DNA of 64,000 nucleotides, taken from contig OZ253470.1 in assembly GCA_965261735.1 (NCBI GenBank), forward strand, positions 544,001 to 608,000, given 5' to 3'. Below, piece by piece: positions 8,446-18,530 of this stretch. The notes under the pieces were generated by a model. That model had not been told where the DNA came from. It saw only the letters and a list, made by a program, of their open reading frames with translations, and did no database searches. A program made the translations under genes and the position numbers. The first letter of the stretch is position 1. The number at the start of each line of letters is the position of its first letter. This DNA is from Alphaproteobacteria bacterium. Lineage in GTDB: Bacteria > Pseudomonadota > Alphaproteobacteria > SHVV01.

Positions 8446-10470
8446 ATGATTCGCCTCCCCGTCCTAACCGAAATCAAGGTCGAGCACTACGGCCTTTTTC
8501 CAGGTAACCCAAGAGGTTCCGGAATCACTTGGCAATTTCACTCTGGCCTTAGCGTCATCGCAGGAATAAATGGCCTTGGAAAAACCACACTGCTCACCAT
8601 GATTCTGCGCTCGTTTACGGGGCCTTACGACCTTACAGGTGACGGCAACCCTCAAAACCTCACCGTTGTCTTACCAAGACACCCAGTCTCTCTTAGGCAA
8701 GACTATATACGTTTCTTCGAACGACGCGTGGCTGACGGTGCAGAAAGCGCGAGCGTTTCACTTTCCGCCACATTCGAAGACACAACAATCACAATCCTGC
8801 GCCGTTTGAATGACCTATTTCTCGAGAACTTTTCCATTAATGACACGCCAATCCCACTTCCCCACGCATCCGCAAAACGCGAAGACATATTCCAATCGGA
8901 GATTACTGAGCTTATGGGGTTTAGCAGTTTTGTCGATGTACTACTCGTCCTACATCACGTAATTCTATTTCATGAAAATCGTCCTGGCGCACTATGGGAT
9001 CCAAACGCTCAACGCCAATTACTGAGAGCTTTGTGTCTTGATGGTGAAGACGCCTCACGCATGGTTGAGCTTGAGCGCAAACTTTTAAGTGCAGACAGCA
9101 GAGCCAGAAACATTCGCGCCAATATAACTTCCACTGAGCGAAAATGGCGAAAGGCTTTGCGACTCGAGGCAGGCTCCGAGGGTGTGCTTGCCGAACTAGA
9201 GGCAGAGCAAGCGGTTGTCGACGCAGAATTGTTAGAAGCCGACCGACTCCGCGAAAATCTGGAACAACTTGACGAGAGTCGAAAGGCAGCGAGGCTTGCC
9301 CACGAACGGGCCAAGGTCGAGCGCGAACAGGCATCCGGCGCCATTGAGCGTTTGAAATATACGGCTCTCCTCTCTCGCTTCCCCACCATGGAGGACACAA
9401 CTCGTTTGATATTGTCAAGAATCCTGACAGATGGTCACTGTATAGCCTGTAATGCAGCTGCCAACACCAAGCGACTGGAACTTGAACGCCAGATTGAAAG
9501 CGGTTGCTGCCCAATTTGTGGCGCTGATCCTCAAGACCAGGACAACGTCATTGGGCCCCACGAACTTGACCAAGCCCGCCTTGACCGAGAACGGCAGCGC
9601 GTCACACAGGCGCGAGAAGAAGAAGAAACGCAATACCGTCACATGACGAATTTCTCGGCAAGCTATGACAAGACCTTACAAGAACTCATTTCCATCCGTG
9701 AAAGAACTGAAGAGAGAAAGAGAAAAAATCAGAGACTTCGTTCACAACTACCCGATTCCGTCACTAGTAAAGACTACGAGAACGCGTTGAAAACCCTGCG
9801 TAGCGAGCATCGTGAATCGCTGGAAATACGAGCGACGCACCTACAGGATCTTCGTGAAATCCTAACGGACAGCGCCGACGTCATTACATCCAAATCTATC
9901 GAGTTAACCCAAGTCTTTGCGACACTTATCGACTCCCTATTGGTTGAAAAGGTTCGGCTAGTACCCATTAGTGCTGAGCCCCGGTACATGCAGGCGCCGG
10001 GTGTTGCCCGCGATCGATTGCAGGTTCCGGCGTACGCGGCGGAAATGACCGCAGCAGATCGACCCGGTTTCATCCGACGAGAGAGGCCAAATGCAGTTTC
10101 AGAGTCCCAAAGAGAGCTAATAGATCTGGCCTTCCGTCTGGCTCTGATTCAGGTATTTGGTAGCTCATGTACATTTGTAATGGAGACACCCGAAGCTAGT
10201 CTCGATGGATTGGCAATGGAGCGCGTCGGCCTGGCGTTACATGAATTCGCTAACAAGAACGCCAACCGACTAATTGTGACGAGCAATCTCGCCAATACGG
10301 GAATAATCAACTCGCTTTTTGGCGGCCCCGCAAGCAACGATGAAATGACGGAGCGCCGGGAACGCATACTGAACCTATTGGAGGTTGCGGAGCCCAATCA
10401 GGCGCTTCTAGACGACAGAGAAAGATACGATCTTTTGCTTGAGCAAGCGATCTCTGGAGTTCTAGAATGA
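8446..10470 (+). CDS. SMC/Rad50-like coiled-coil ABC ATPase
   Basis: Walker A GINGLGKT, coiled coils, central CIAC…CPICG, signature VSESQ, Walker B-like FVMETPEASLD. ATG 8446 follows GAGG. Confidence 0.88.
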   Translation: MIRLPVLTEIKVEHYGLFPGNPRGSGITWQFHSGLSVIAGINGLGKTTLLTMILRSFTGPYDLTGDGNPQNLTVVLPRHPVSLRQDYIRFFERRVADGAESASVSLSATFEDTTITILRRLNDLFLENFSINDTPIPLPHASAKREDIFQSEITELMGFSSFVDVLLVLHHVILFHENRPGALWDPNAQRQLLRALCLDGEDASRMVELERKLLSADSRARNIRANITSTERKWRKALRLEAGSEGVLAELEAEQAVVDAELLEADRLRENLEQLDESRKAARLAHERAKVEREQASGAIERLKYTALLSRFPTMEDTTRLILSRILTDGHCIACNAAANTKRLELERQIESGCCPICGADPQDQDNVIGPHELDQARLDRERQRVTQAREEEETQYRHMTNFSASYDKTLQELISIRERTEERKRKNQRLRSQLPDSVTSKDYENALKTLRSEHRESLEIRATHLQDLREILTDSADVITSKSIELTQVFATLIDSLLVEKVRLVPISAEPRYMQAPGVARDRLQVPAYAAEMTAADRPGFIRRERPNAVSESQRELIDLAFRLALIQVFGSSCTFVMETPEASLDGLAMERVGLALHEFANKNANRLIVTSNLANTGIINSLFGGPASNDEMTERRERILNLLEVAEPNQALLDDRERYDLLLEQAISGVLE

Positions 10471-10740
10471 GTGCTCCTTCACGCCCGCCGGAACAGCTCA
10501 ACCGACTTGTTGCTAGAATACGACGACAATGTCGTGTGCTTTCCCTGCTCGACGCCGCGGAGCGCATTGGAATCGCCCCTTTGTCTTCACCCAGGCTTCA
10601 CGCCTTCGCATACCTAGCCGATGTCCTTAGCCCCGTATGGGGGCTAATACCCTTTGACGGCAAGATCTACAAGTCGACCGGGGGACCACATTATCCGGAT
10701 CTGCAACATGAGCTGGATAGACTTGTCGTACTGGGTCTAG

Positions 10741-12387
10741 GAGCGTGCGCCGCAGAAAGGTCCGCGCGGCAAAGTTGATAGCGGACGGGTTGTGGGTGGA
10801 TTTGCGCAGGGGGAAGTATGATCCGATACGCCAGTTGCGTGTGGGAACTCCCGATGCCGACCACGTTTCGTGCCTACCAGCCGGACCAACCCTTGCTTTT
10901 GCCGCCGGACTTGCAGGAGTGGGTTTCCCCAGGGCACCTGGCTCATCACGTCAGCGATGTGGTCGATGCACTGGACTTGACGGCGTTCTATGCGCCCTAC
11001 GAGGGGGACGGTCGACGCAACGCCCCCTACGAGCCGTCGATGATGGTCAAGGTGCTGATCTATGCCTACGCGACGGGCACATTCTCCTCGCGCGCGGTGG
11101 CGAGGAAGCTGGAGGAGGATGTAGCGTTTAGGATGCTCGCGGCGGGCAACTTCCCGCAACATCGCACGGTATGTGAGTTCCGACGCCGACATCTGGCGGA
11201 GTTCAGCGAGCTGTTTGTGGGGGTGGTGCAGGTGGCGCGCGAGATGGGACTGGCGCGGTTCGGCAAGCTCTCGGTCGACGGGACGAAGGTGCGAGCGAAC
11301 GCGAGCAAGCGCAAGGCGATGAGCTATGAGCGGATGGGCAAAGAGGCGGCTCGCTTGCAGGCGGAGATCGAGGCGCTGCTGACGACGGCGGGGATGGTGG
11401 ACGCCGAAGAAGACGAGCGTTGGGGCGAGGATTTCCGGGGCGACGAGTTGCCCGAGGAGTTGCAACGCAGGGAGAAGCGCCTGGCGGCGATCCAGGCAGC
11501 CAAAGCGCGTTTGGAGGCGGCGCAACGCGGGCGCGACGATGAGCGCGGGCGCGAGCCGGGGCAGGACCGCAATCCCCGGGGCGGGCGGCCTTACAAGCGG
11601 GCCTACGGCGAGCCCGAGCCGAAGGCGCAGAGCAATTTCACCGATCCCGAGAGCCAGATCATGAAGACCAGCAGCGAGGGGTTCCAGCAGTGCTACAACG
11701 CGCAGATGGCGGTCGATGGGGAGCACCAGATCATCGTCGCGACTCAGGTGGGGCCACAGGCCAGCGACCAGGGTCAGCTGGTGGGGATGCTCGACGAGAT
11801 CAACGAGACGTTTGGGGTCGAGCCTGCGGTGGTACTGGCCGATGCGGGCTACTGCAACGAGCCGGATCTGTTGGAGCTGGAAGATCGCGGCATCGACGCG
11901 CACGTAGCGCTGGGGCGTGAAGGCAAGTCCCAGGTGGCGGTCGACCCGGCCCGGCTCCCTGCCACGCACCGCATGGGTGAGAAACTGGCGAGCCCCGCGG
12001 GCAAAGCCCGGTACGCGCAACGCAAGTGGCTCTCGGAGGCGCCGAACGGGTGGATCAAGGAGGTGCTCGGATTCCGACGATTCAGCCTGCGAGGCTTGGC
12101 GAAGGTGCGCGGCGAGTGGGACCTCGTGTGCTTGGCGTTGAACATCAAGCGGATGGGGACGGTGGCCACGTGCTGAGGCAGGTGCTGGCCTGCCAACGCA
12201 CTTGATCCGGGGCGCGCAGTGCCCATCGACCGCGTATGAAACGCGAATCTCTTCCCTTCCGGCCTTCCGGTCTGGGATTTCCATCCCAGAGTCGGGCGGG
12301 CCAGATATCCACACTCGGGCCAAAATCCCACCTCTCCGGCGGCCGCGCGCCAATCGCCCAACATCAAAACTTCTACGGCGCACGCTC
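10741..12387 (+). mobile_element. IS1182-family insertion sequence, 1647 bp
   Basis: TIR GAGCGTGCGCCGYAGAA; TSD CTAG at 10737-10740 and 12388-12391. Confidence 0.93.
10854..12176 (+). CDS. IS1182 transposase
   Basis: Q-LLLPP, G-FSSR, VDGTKVRANAS, NFTDPES, YNAQ, ADAGY, GFRRFSLRG. Confidence 0.93.
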   Translation: MPTTFRAYQPDQPLLLPPDLQEWVSPGHLAHHVSDVVDALDLTAFYAPYEGDGRRNAPYEPSMMVKVLIYAYATGTFSSRAVARKLEEDVAFRMLAAGNFPQHRTVCEFRRRHLAEFSELFVGVVQVAREMGLARFGKLSVDGTKVRANASKRKAMSYERMGKEAARLQAEIEALLTTAGMVDAEEDERWGEDFRGDELPEELQRREKRLAAIQAAKARLEAAQRGRDDERGREPGQDRNPRGGRPYKRAYGEPEPKAQSNFTDPESQIMKTSSEGFQQCYNAQMAVDGEHQIIVATQVGPQASDQGQLVGMLDEINETFGVEPAVVLADAGYCNEPDLLELEDRGIDAHVALGREGKSQVAVDPARLPATHRMGEKLASPAGKARYAQRKWLSEAPNGWIKEVLGFRRFSLRGLAKVRGEWDLVCLALNIKRMGTVATC

Positions 12388-12817
12388 CTAGTTCAAGTAA
12401 ATGCGCTTAGCTATGAGCCGTCGGGCGACGGGGGGGCGCGTATTTCGGGATTCTACGGTCTTAACTTCTCCTCAGACCATTTGGATTCAATATTGGAGGC
12501 CCTAGGAGCACGCGATCCTCATGCGGCATTCAATCCTGATGATACGCATATTCACGAATTCTTGGCAGAGCTAGCAGGTGCGTTAGCTACATTGCCGGAC
12601 GACGAAATTGAGACTGCTGCTGGTGCCGACGTCACTTACCGAAAGGAGACAGCACTGAACAATGTGGTGGACTTCGCCGAGTGGGTGGACGATCAGAAGC
12701 AAGCGAACGCAAGTTGGCGCGCCGCTGAACGTTTCAGGGCGTTCCTGCCCAAGGCGGCTTCAATGCTCCCGGGAGAAAAGCTCTATTTGTACGCGGCCTA
12801 CCTTGCACGGGTGATCG

Positions 12818-13909
12818 ATGCAAACTGAAATTCCCGCCTCCGTCCCGGAAGTTGAAGACCATGAACTTGCCGCAGTCGCTAGTCTGTTCCCAGAATTGCC
12901 GAATCTACGGGCAGAACTAGCAGATCGCTTCGCACAAGCAGTACGTGGTCTTGTTGAAACGAGAGCGCAAAATGGTTGGCCCAGCGAAGGTGATTCAACC
13001 GAAGCTGTGTTTTTGATGGTCGATCACCCACGTCAAATAGGTGAAATATTCGGCGCCACTCCATTCACGGACCTTAGAGCAAAGCACGAACCAATATTTG
13101 GGCGGTTATTCTTTACAAACCGGGATGCCTCCGCCGGACGTCAAATGCCCATGCCAACTAGTTCAAACGAAATTCTAGAGTGGTTGGATGACCGCGACTT
13201 GGGAAAGATCCCAATAGTTACGGTTTACCGAAACACAATGCAGATGCTTACTCGGAGAAAAGGAACAAACGATTCAGCTAGAAGCGACCGCATTCGCGAT
13301 GAGGAACCATCCGCTACGGTAGAGGAGCTGCAACAAGCACTTGAGCATTTCCATGTCACTTGCTTGCTCACACCCACGTGTTGTCCTGACGGTGTTTGGA
13401 AACCCGAGCACGCGCATCAATACATCCCTGGGCCAAGACCAGAAAAGAGTATTCAGAGCGACCTAACCGTGGCGTTAAATTTCTGGTTTCGTGGGATTGT
13501 TAAGGCAGAGTACGAAGACACAACAAACATTGGACGTATCGATATTCGATTGTTGAAAAAGACGAACGGGGAAAGCCTACTCGGCTACTGGGCTATTTTG
13601 GAACTGAAGGTCATTCGCTCTTACGCTAGCACGCATACTTCGAGTAAGCCATCGGTCGTTGCACCGAAATCCAATGTCGACGCAATTATAAAGGGTGTAC
13701 GGCAAGCGCGAGCGTACCAAACGAATCGAGAAACAGATATAGGGTTGCTTGAGATTTATGACTTAAGAAGGGAAAAGGCGCTTCAGGTCCTTGAACACTT
13801 AGATGTGCTATCCGTCATTCATGAAGCGACGCCAAAACCAGAAATTCATCTATGGGAAGTGTTTGGTAGTTCTGAGGACGCCCGAAACGCTGGTTACTCA
13901 GGCATTTAG
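12818..13909 (+). CDS. Putative PD-(D/E)xK restriction-endonuclease-fold protein
   Basis: C-terminal EKSIQ…GRIDIRL…ILELK…GVRQARAY pattern. Confidence 0.65.
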   Translation: MQTEIPASVPEVEDHELAAVASLFPELPNLRAELADRFAQAVRGLVETRAQNGWPSEGDSTEAVFLMVDHPRQIGEIFGATPFTDLRAKHEPIFGRLFFTNRDASAGRQMPMPTSSNEILEWLDDRDLGKIPIVTVYRNTMQMLTRRKGTNDSARSDRIRDEEPSATVEELQQALEHFHVTCLLTPTCCPDGVWKPEHAHQYIPGPRPEKSIQSDLTVALNFWFRGIVKAEYEDTTNIGRIDIRLLKKTNGESLLGYWAILELKVIRSYASTHTSSKPSVVAPKSNVDAIIKGVRQARAYQTNRETDIGLLEIYDLRREKALQVLEHLDVLSVIHEATPKPEIHLWEVFGSSEDARNAGYSGI

Positions 13910-15219
13910 CGTCTCTCAAGTACCACAAGTGTCTCTTCTAGGTCATTTCGGCCACCTTGTTGTGGTGAAGACCGCATGGAGCGACAGGGTTCAAGTACTA
14001 TAACATCATAGCCTATGGACCGGCAGATCTCCGTCAATATTGTAGCCACTGGAACCTCTATTCCCGCATACCTACTATCTCCAACAATCATATATATACG
14101 TCCTCGAGTGCGAAGTTGAATAGCCAGTTTAGATAACACTGCTACTAGGTCTTCGAAGTACGCTCCAATCATTTCGGGTATGTGGCGATTCCACAAGTCC
14201 TCTCTCACTTCGCAGAGACATTTAATAGTGGAACTAAGCGTCCGGCTGCTCAAATCATCAGTAGCAAACTTACGAAAGACTTGAACGTGACTACGAAGTG
14301 TAGAATGACGCAGTTGGGCATTATCTTCAGTGTTGCTAAGGTAACCTAGTGCCCAGAGTTCTACGTTGTAAACATCAGTATAGTCAAATGAGTTTGGGTA
14401 AGGTGGCGAAAACACCGCAAGGTCGCAAGGACCAATCATATATGAAAGGAGTCTCGCGTCTCCTCGCAGAACTCTATATTCGAGACATTGACGTGATGCA
14501 AATCGACGGAGGTCATGTAGGGCGCAAAGTACTCGACTCCGAAACAACTCATCTACTAGTTCTGGTGGCGTCTCTCGCTTCGTCCATCCTCGTTTGTATC
14601 TGCGTCCCTTTCCACTGATGTTAACATTGCTTACCGGAACGACTACGGACGCCAGCAAGACCCGAAATAATCTGCGGCAAGCAATATCCTGAATGGCTTC
14701 TATTGCTGTCCGATAAATGATTATGCGACGCGCGATATCACTTGAGAAAATATATCGCCCATTAAGCCCTGGCTCAACAAACGTGACTGGCGCCCCAACG
14801 AAAACAGGTCTTACTGGTCCATCTTCTCTCGCCACACGTTCGATTACACGTGCGAACTCAAAAATAGCTGTATCGAAGTCAACGAGAGAAATCTTTGACT
14901 CTATGAGATCTGCAAGGAATGGGTTAACTTCTATAGTCGTGGGAGGAATGCCCAAGAACTGACATGCAAGTGCTGTCGTTCCGGATCCTCCGAACGGATC
15001 GGCAATATGTTCTACTTTGCCAGGCGTTTCGAAGAGAGCTCGCTCCACAAGCTCCGGTGCAAATGCCTCCTTGAACGGCCTCCAAGTCTGAAATGGTAGT
15101 GGCTCCATTCCGGCAGTGGAGCCGAACGCAGGTATAGTTCTACCGCCGGTCCAGTCACTGAACTGAACGTACAAGGCTTCCGTCTCAAGACTCGCTGGTA
15201 TTTTCTGTTTGTGTGCCAT
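13906..15219 (-). CDS. Amino-DNA methyltransferase (probably m4C)
   Basis: DPFGGSGTT (SAM motif) precedes FSPPY (catalytic motif); VGDS motif. Confidence 0.88.
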   Translation of the reverse strand: MAHKQKIPASLETEALYVQFSDWTGGRTIPAFGSTAGMEPLPFQTWRPFKEAFAPELVERALFETPGKVEHIADPFGGSGTTALACQFLGIPPTTIEVNPFLADLIESKISLVDFDTAIFEFARVIERVAREDGPVRPVFVGAPVTFVEPGLNGRYIFSSDIARRIIIYRTAIEAIQDIACRRLFRVLLASVVVPVSNVNISGKGRRYKRGWTKRETPPELVDELFRSRVLCALHDLRRFASRQCLEYRVLRGDARLLSYMIGPCDLAVFSPPYPNSFDYTDVYNVELWALGYLSNTEDNAQLRHSTLRSHVQVFRKFATDDLSSRTLSSTIKCLCEVREDLWNRHIPEMIGAYFEDLVAVLSKLAIQLRTRGRIYMIVGDSRYAGIEVPVATILTEICRSIGYDVIVLEPCRSMRSSPQQGGRNDLEETLVVLERR

Positions 15220-15239
15220 TTGAGTTGAACAGTTTCGTT

Positions 15240-15644
15240 CTATGTGGTTATTGCGTGTAAGTCTAAGTCAAGACTGCTCGGCCTTCCATCAACTAAGCGC
15301 ACGACGATTCGGTTTCCCTCGGGAAGGAAACGGCGCATCATCTTGATATAAAACGTCTTGTCCCACGGGTGGATCTTCATTTTACAATTGCAACGGAGTG
15401 CGAGCACGCCGACGTTGCTCTCCTCGGCTGTGATGTATTTCAGTGCCCCCGGATCGTCGAACTGGGTCTTGCCCGTGTCGCTCGTCAAAGGGTGGACGAT
15501 CTTGATGCTGCCAATGTCGTCGATCCCGAACCAGCCCTCGGTACAGGTCAGGTTGGAGGACTGGAACGATCCCGCTTCAAAACATCCAGTGGGATCGATG
15601 GTGGCGCGTCCCATCCGATGCGGCAGATACGTCGAATTAGGCAT
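15240..15644 (-). pseudogene. Decayed N-terminal fragment of a larger gene (resembles DUF3604 proteins)
   Basis: EAGSFQS…GIDDIGSIKIVH…PWDKTFYIK, recognised from memory only; ends abruptly before the MTase. Confidence 0.4.
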
Positions 15645-15893
15645 ATCCGGTTTCCCCGACGAGCAAGTCTCCGGTCTCCCGGAAATCGTTTCACAGTCAT
15701 GCACTACCTTAGCACCCGCGGGACCCCCGGCGAGCCGCGGCGGTGCGCGTCTGCGTTTTCGCCACGGCGCATGGCCCACATCCCCTGAACCTGCCGCTCT
15801 CCCTCGAGAGGCCTAGCCCCGCGGCGTTCGGTCGAGGCGCGCGTCCCCGAGCGAGGCCGGCGCGCCGCTCTTGCACCACACGCCATCCGGAGG

Positions 15894-16190
15894 ATGAACA
15901 TCTCAGAACCGCACCGCCGCGCCTTTGAGGCTCTCACGAGTCGCGAACACCACAATTTCGCGCTCCTCCATTTCGTGGACAAATGTCCCGCAGCGGCGAC
16001 CATCGCCGTCAATGGCTACCCGCCGGAGGACGGAGACAGCGAGAATGAATATAGGGTGACTCCGCTGTGCGTTTCAGTCACCGATGGCATTGTGCTGACC
16101 GCCCATGATGGGTGGGAGGCATCAGCGGCGGTTCGCTGCTCCGCGGCACCTGCATTCAAGCCCAGCACCGTCCCCTCCGATACACCCTGA
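15894..16190 (+). CDS. Hypothetical mobile-element protein, possibly degenerate
   Basis: GGAGG RBS; first gene of the co-oriented block. Confidence 0.5.
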   Translation: MNISEPHRRAFEALTSREHHNFALLHFVDKCPAAATIAVNGYPPEDGDSENEYRVTPLCVSVTDGIVLTAHDGWEASAAVRCSAAPAFKPSTVPSDTP

Positions 16191-16441
16191 ACCCGTCGTC
16201 ACCGGCGCGGCGACATACCTTCGCGTTGCCCGCCGGTACCTACCCCGCCCGACTTGCCGGTGCCGGCGACGTTCCCGTCACCACCGCGGAAAACGCCCCA
16301 CCGCGGTCTTGCCGCCACCGCCATGCCGCTCGGACCGGTTGCCCCGCCACCGCCGAGAGGGGAGCGCCGCTCCGGTCCCGACGAAGTTCGGGCGCCCGGA
16401 GGGTGTCCGCACCGCCTCCCCGCCATTCCGGAGTCCTGTCC

Positions 16442-17467
16442 ATGACCCAACCCGCAACCATTTCCGCGGACTACACGCTCCGCCCGAGCGACCTCGCCAC
16501 GACCCTCACGCTCCTCGTCGAGGCCCGCCAGCCGGCCATGGTCTGGGGGCCGCCCGGCTCGGCTAAATCGATGATCGCCCAGCAGGTCGCGGCAGACGGT
16601 GGCCGTGAGTATGTCGACGTCCGGGCGCTCCTGCTCGACCCCGTGGACCTGCGCGGCATCCCCTGGCGCGACGCCGCCGACCGCACCCGCTGGGCGCCGC
16701 CGGTGTTCCTGCCGCCGACCGACGACGCCGGCCTCTGGCTCATCAACCTCGAAGAGCTGCCTTCCTGTGTACCGATGGTACAGGCGGCGCTTTACCAGCT
16801 CGCCCTCGAACGCAAGGTCGGCGAGTACGAGCTCCCCGAGGGCGCGTCGCTCATCGCCTGCGGCAACCGCGAGGGCGATCGTGGCGTGGTCCACCGCATG
16901 CCGACCCCGCTCGCCTCGCGCTTCGTCCACCTCGAGATCCGGGTCGACGCCGAGGACTGGCTGGCCTGGGGCGCGGCCAACGGAATCGCCGCAGAGGTGC
17001 TGTTCTTCATCCAGCTCGAGCCGACGCTCCTGCACCAATTCGACCCGCAGTCGAAGGAGAAGGCTTTTCCGTGCCCCCGGACTTGGCATTTCACCAGCAA
17101 CATCGTGCACCGCCGCAACGGCCTCGACCCGGCGGTCGAGCGCGCGCTGTTCCGGGGCACCATCGGCGAGGCCGCGGCGGTCGAGTTCGCCGCCTTCCTC
17201 AAGGTCTGGCGTGAGCTGCCCCATCCCCGCGCCGTCATCAACGACCCCGAGAACGCCGACATCCCGGAGAACGCGAGTGCGCTGATGGCGCTCTGCGGGT
17301 CGCTCTACCGCCTCGCCAAGGACGTCAACTTCGACGCCATCGTGACCTATTCGACGCGGCTCCGGCGCGAGGTCGGCGAGTTCCTCGTCGGCTCGTGCGT
17401 GCGCCGCGAGCCGGCGTTGCAGCGCTCGCCGGCCTTCATCCGCTGGGCCGCCGCCAGGACCCAGTGA
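16442..17467 (+). CDS. MoxR-like AAA+ ATPase
   Basis: WGPPGSAKS, DLRGIP, LEEL, CGNR, LASRF, CPRTW. Confidence 0.88.
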   Translation: MTQPATISADYTLRPSDLATTLTLLVEARQPAMVWGPPGSAKSMIAQQVAADGGREYVDVRALLLDPVDLRGIPWRDAADRTRWAPPVFLPPTDDAGLWLINLEELPSCVPMVQAALYQLALERKVGEYELPEGASLIACGNREGDRGVVHRMPTPLASRFVHLEIRVDAEDWLAWGAANGIAAEVLFFIQLEPTLLHQFDPQSKEKAFPCPRTWHFTSNIVHRRNGLDPAVERALFRGTIGEAAAVEFAAFLKVWRELPHPRAVINDPENADIPENASALMALCGSLYRLAKDVNFDAIVTYSTRLRREVGEFLVGSCVRREPALQRSPAFIRWAAARTQ

Positions 17468-17613
17468 AGGAAGCACCCAAGACCTTGCGCATCACCCATT
17501 GCCCCGCCGGAGTCGCGCCGTCGCGCGAATACGCGGTGCGGGCACCCAGCCTCGACGCCGCCCGGCGAAAGCTCGCCGACACCCTGAACGTTCCCCGGTG
17601 GACCGTCCGTTAG
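17464..17613 (+). CDS. Small hypothetical protein (49 aa)
   Basis: GTGA overlap with the ATPase stop; fills the gap to the next gene. Confidence 0.35.
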   Translation: MKEAPKTLRITHCPAGVAPSREYAVRAPSLDAARRKLADTLNVPRWTVR

Positions 17614-17630
17614 CCCGACAGGAGAGACCC

Positions 17631-18530
17631 ATGAACCTTACCGACGACGCCATGCAGGTGTCCTTGCGCATCACCGCCTGGTCCGGCCGGCTCTACGACC
17701 GCCAGGCGAGCAACCACGTCGCCGTCCACCACGACGCCGCGGCCAGCGCCGGGCGCTACAACAAGTGCCTGCTGCCCAAGGCCGCCTTCGCCGCGCTCAC
17801 CGCGACCGTGAGTGCATGCAGGACCGCGCACTATGAAAACACGGTTCCCTGGGACGACCAGGGCTCGCGCCTCCTCACCGTCGCCAACTACGAGCACTAC
17901 ACCGAGCTGATGAACGGGTTCCGCGAGCGCATGGTGCGCGAGCGCGCCCGCTTCATCGAGGACTACGACGTCAACGTCGACCAGGCCCGGCTCGACCTGG
18001 GGAAGCTCTTCCGCATCGACGACTATCCGTCCAAGGAGGCGCTTCAGGACAAGTTCTCGATCCGCTACCGCATCACCCCGGTCCAGGACGCCGAGCAGTT
18101 CATGGCCAAGCTCGCGACCGACGACGTGGACCGCGTCAAGCGCGACATCGAGCACCAGATCGAGGAACGCCTCCACGATGCCGTGGGCGACCTCTACCGC
18201 CGCTTCGGCGAGGCGGTCGAGCGGGTCTCGGAGCGGTTGCAGGAGGACGACAACGGCAAACCGCTCGTGTTCCGCGATTCGATGATCTCGAACATCAGGG
18301 ACCTCGTCGATGTGGTCCCGCGCCTCAACATCTTCGGCGACGACGAGCTCGCGCGCCTTTGCGAGCAGGTGAAGGAGAAGATCGCGAGCATCGAGCCGGA
18401 TTCGCTGAGACCCTCGAAGACCTTCGACCCGGTGGCCCGCGCGCGGGTGAAGCATGACGCCGACGACCTGATGGAGAAGTTCGCGGGCTACTTCGTGACG
18501 CCCGTCGAGGCCGCGCGGGAGGCCGCGTGA
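17631..18530 (+). CDS. DUF3150-like helical protein
   Basis: AGGAGA RBS; W-G…PW…G-RLL…DYP pattern; sits between MoxR and vWA genes. Confidence 0.65.
   Translation: MNLTDDAMQVSLRITAWSGRLYDRQASNHVAVHHDAAASAGRYNKCLLPKAAFAALTATVSACRTAHYENTVPWDDQGSRLLTVANYEHYTELMNGFRERMVRERARFIEDYDVNVDQARLDLGKLFRIDDYPSKEALQDKFSIRYRITPVQDAEQFMAKLATDDVDRVKRDIEHQIEERLHDAVGDLYRRFGEAVERVSERLQEDDNGKPLVFRDSMISNIRDLVDVVPRLNIFGDDELARLCEQVKEKIASIEPDSLRPSKTFDPVARARVKHDADDLMEKFAGYFVTPVEAAREAA

Larger units (their letters stand above)
10467..12828 (+). pseudogene. 236-aa wHTH-like middle component interrupted by IS1182
   Basis: 10467-10740 joined to 12392-12828 gives one frame (…LVVLGL|VQVNALSY…); overlaps both neighbouring genes. 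Confidence 0.8.

Noticed and set aside
8446-13909. Wadjet, Dnd or SbcCD assignment
   Set aside because: No kleisin/JetD Toprim, no Dnd sulfur enzymes, no SbcD phosphoesterase.
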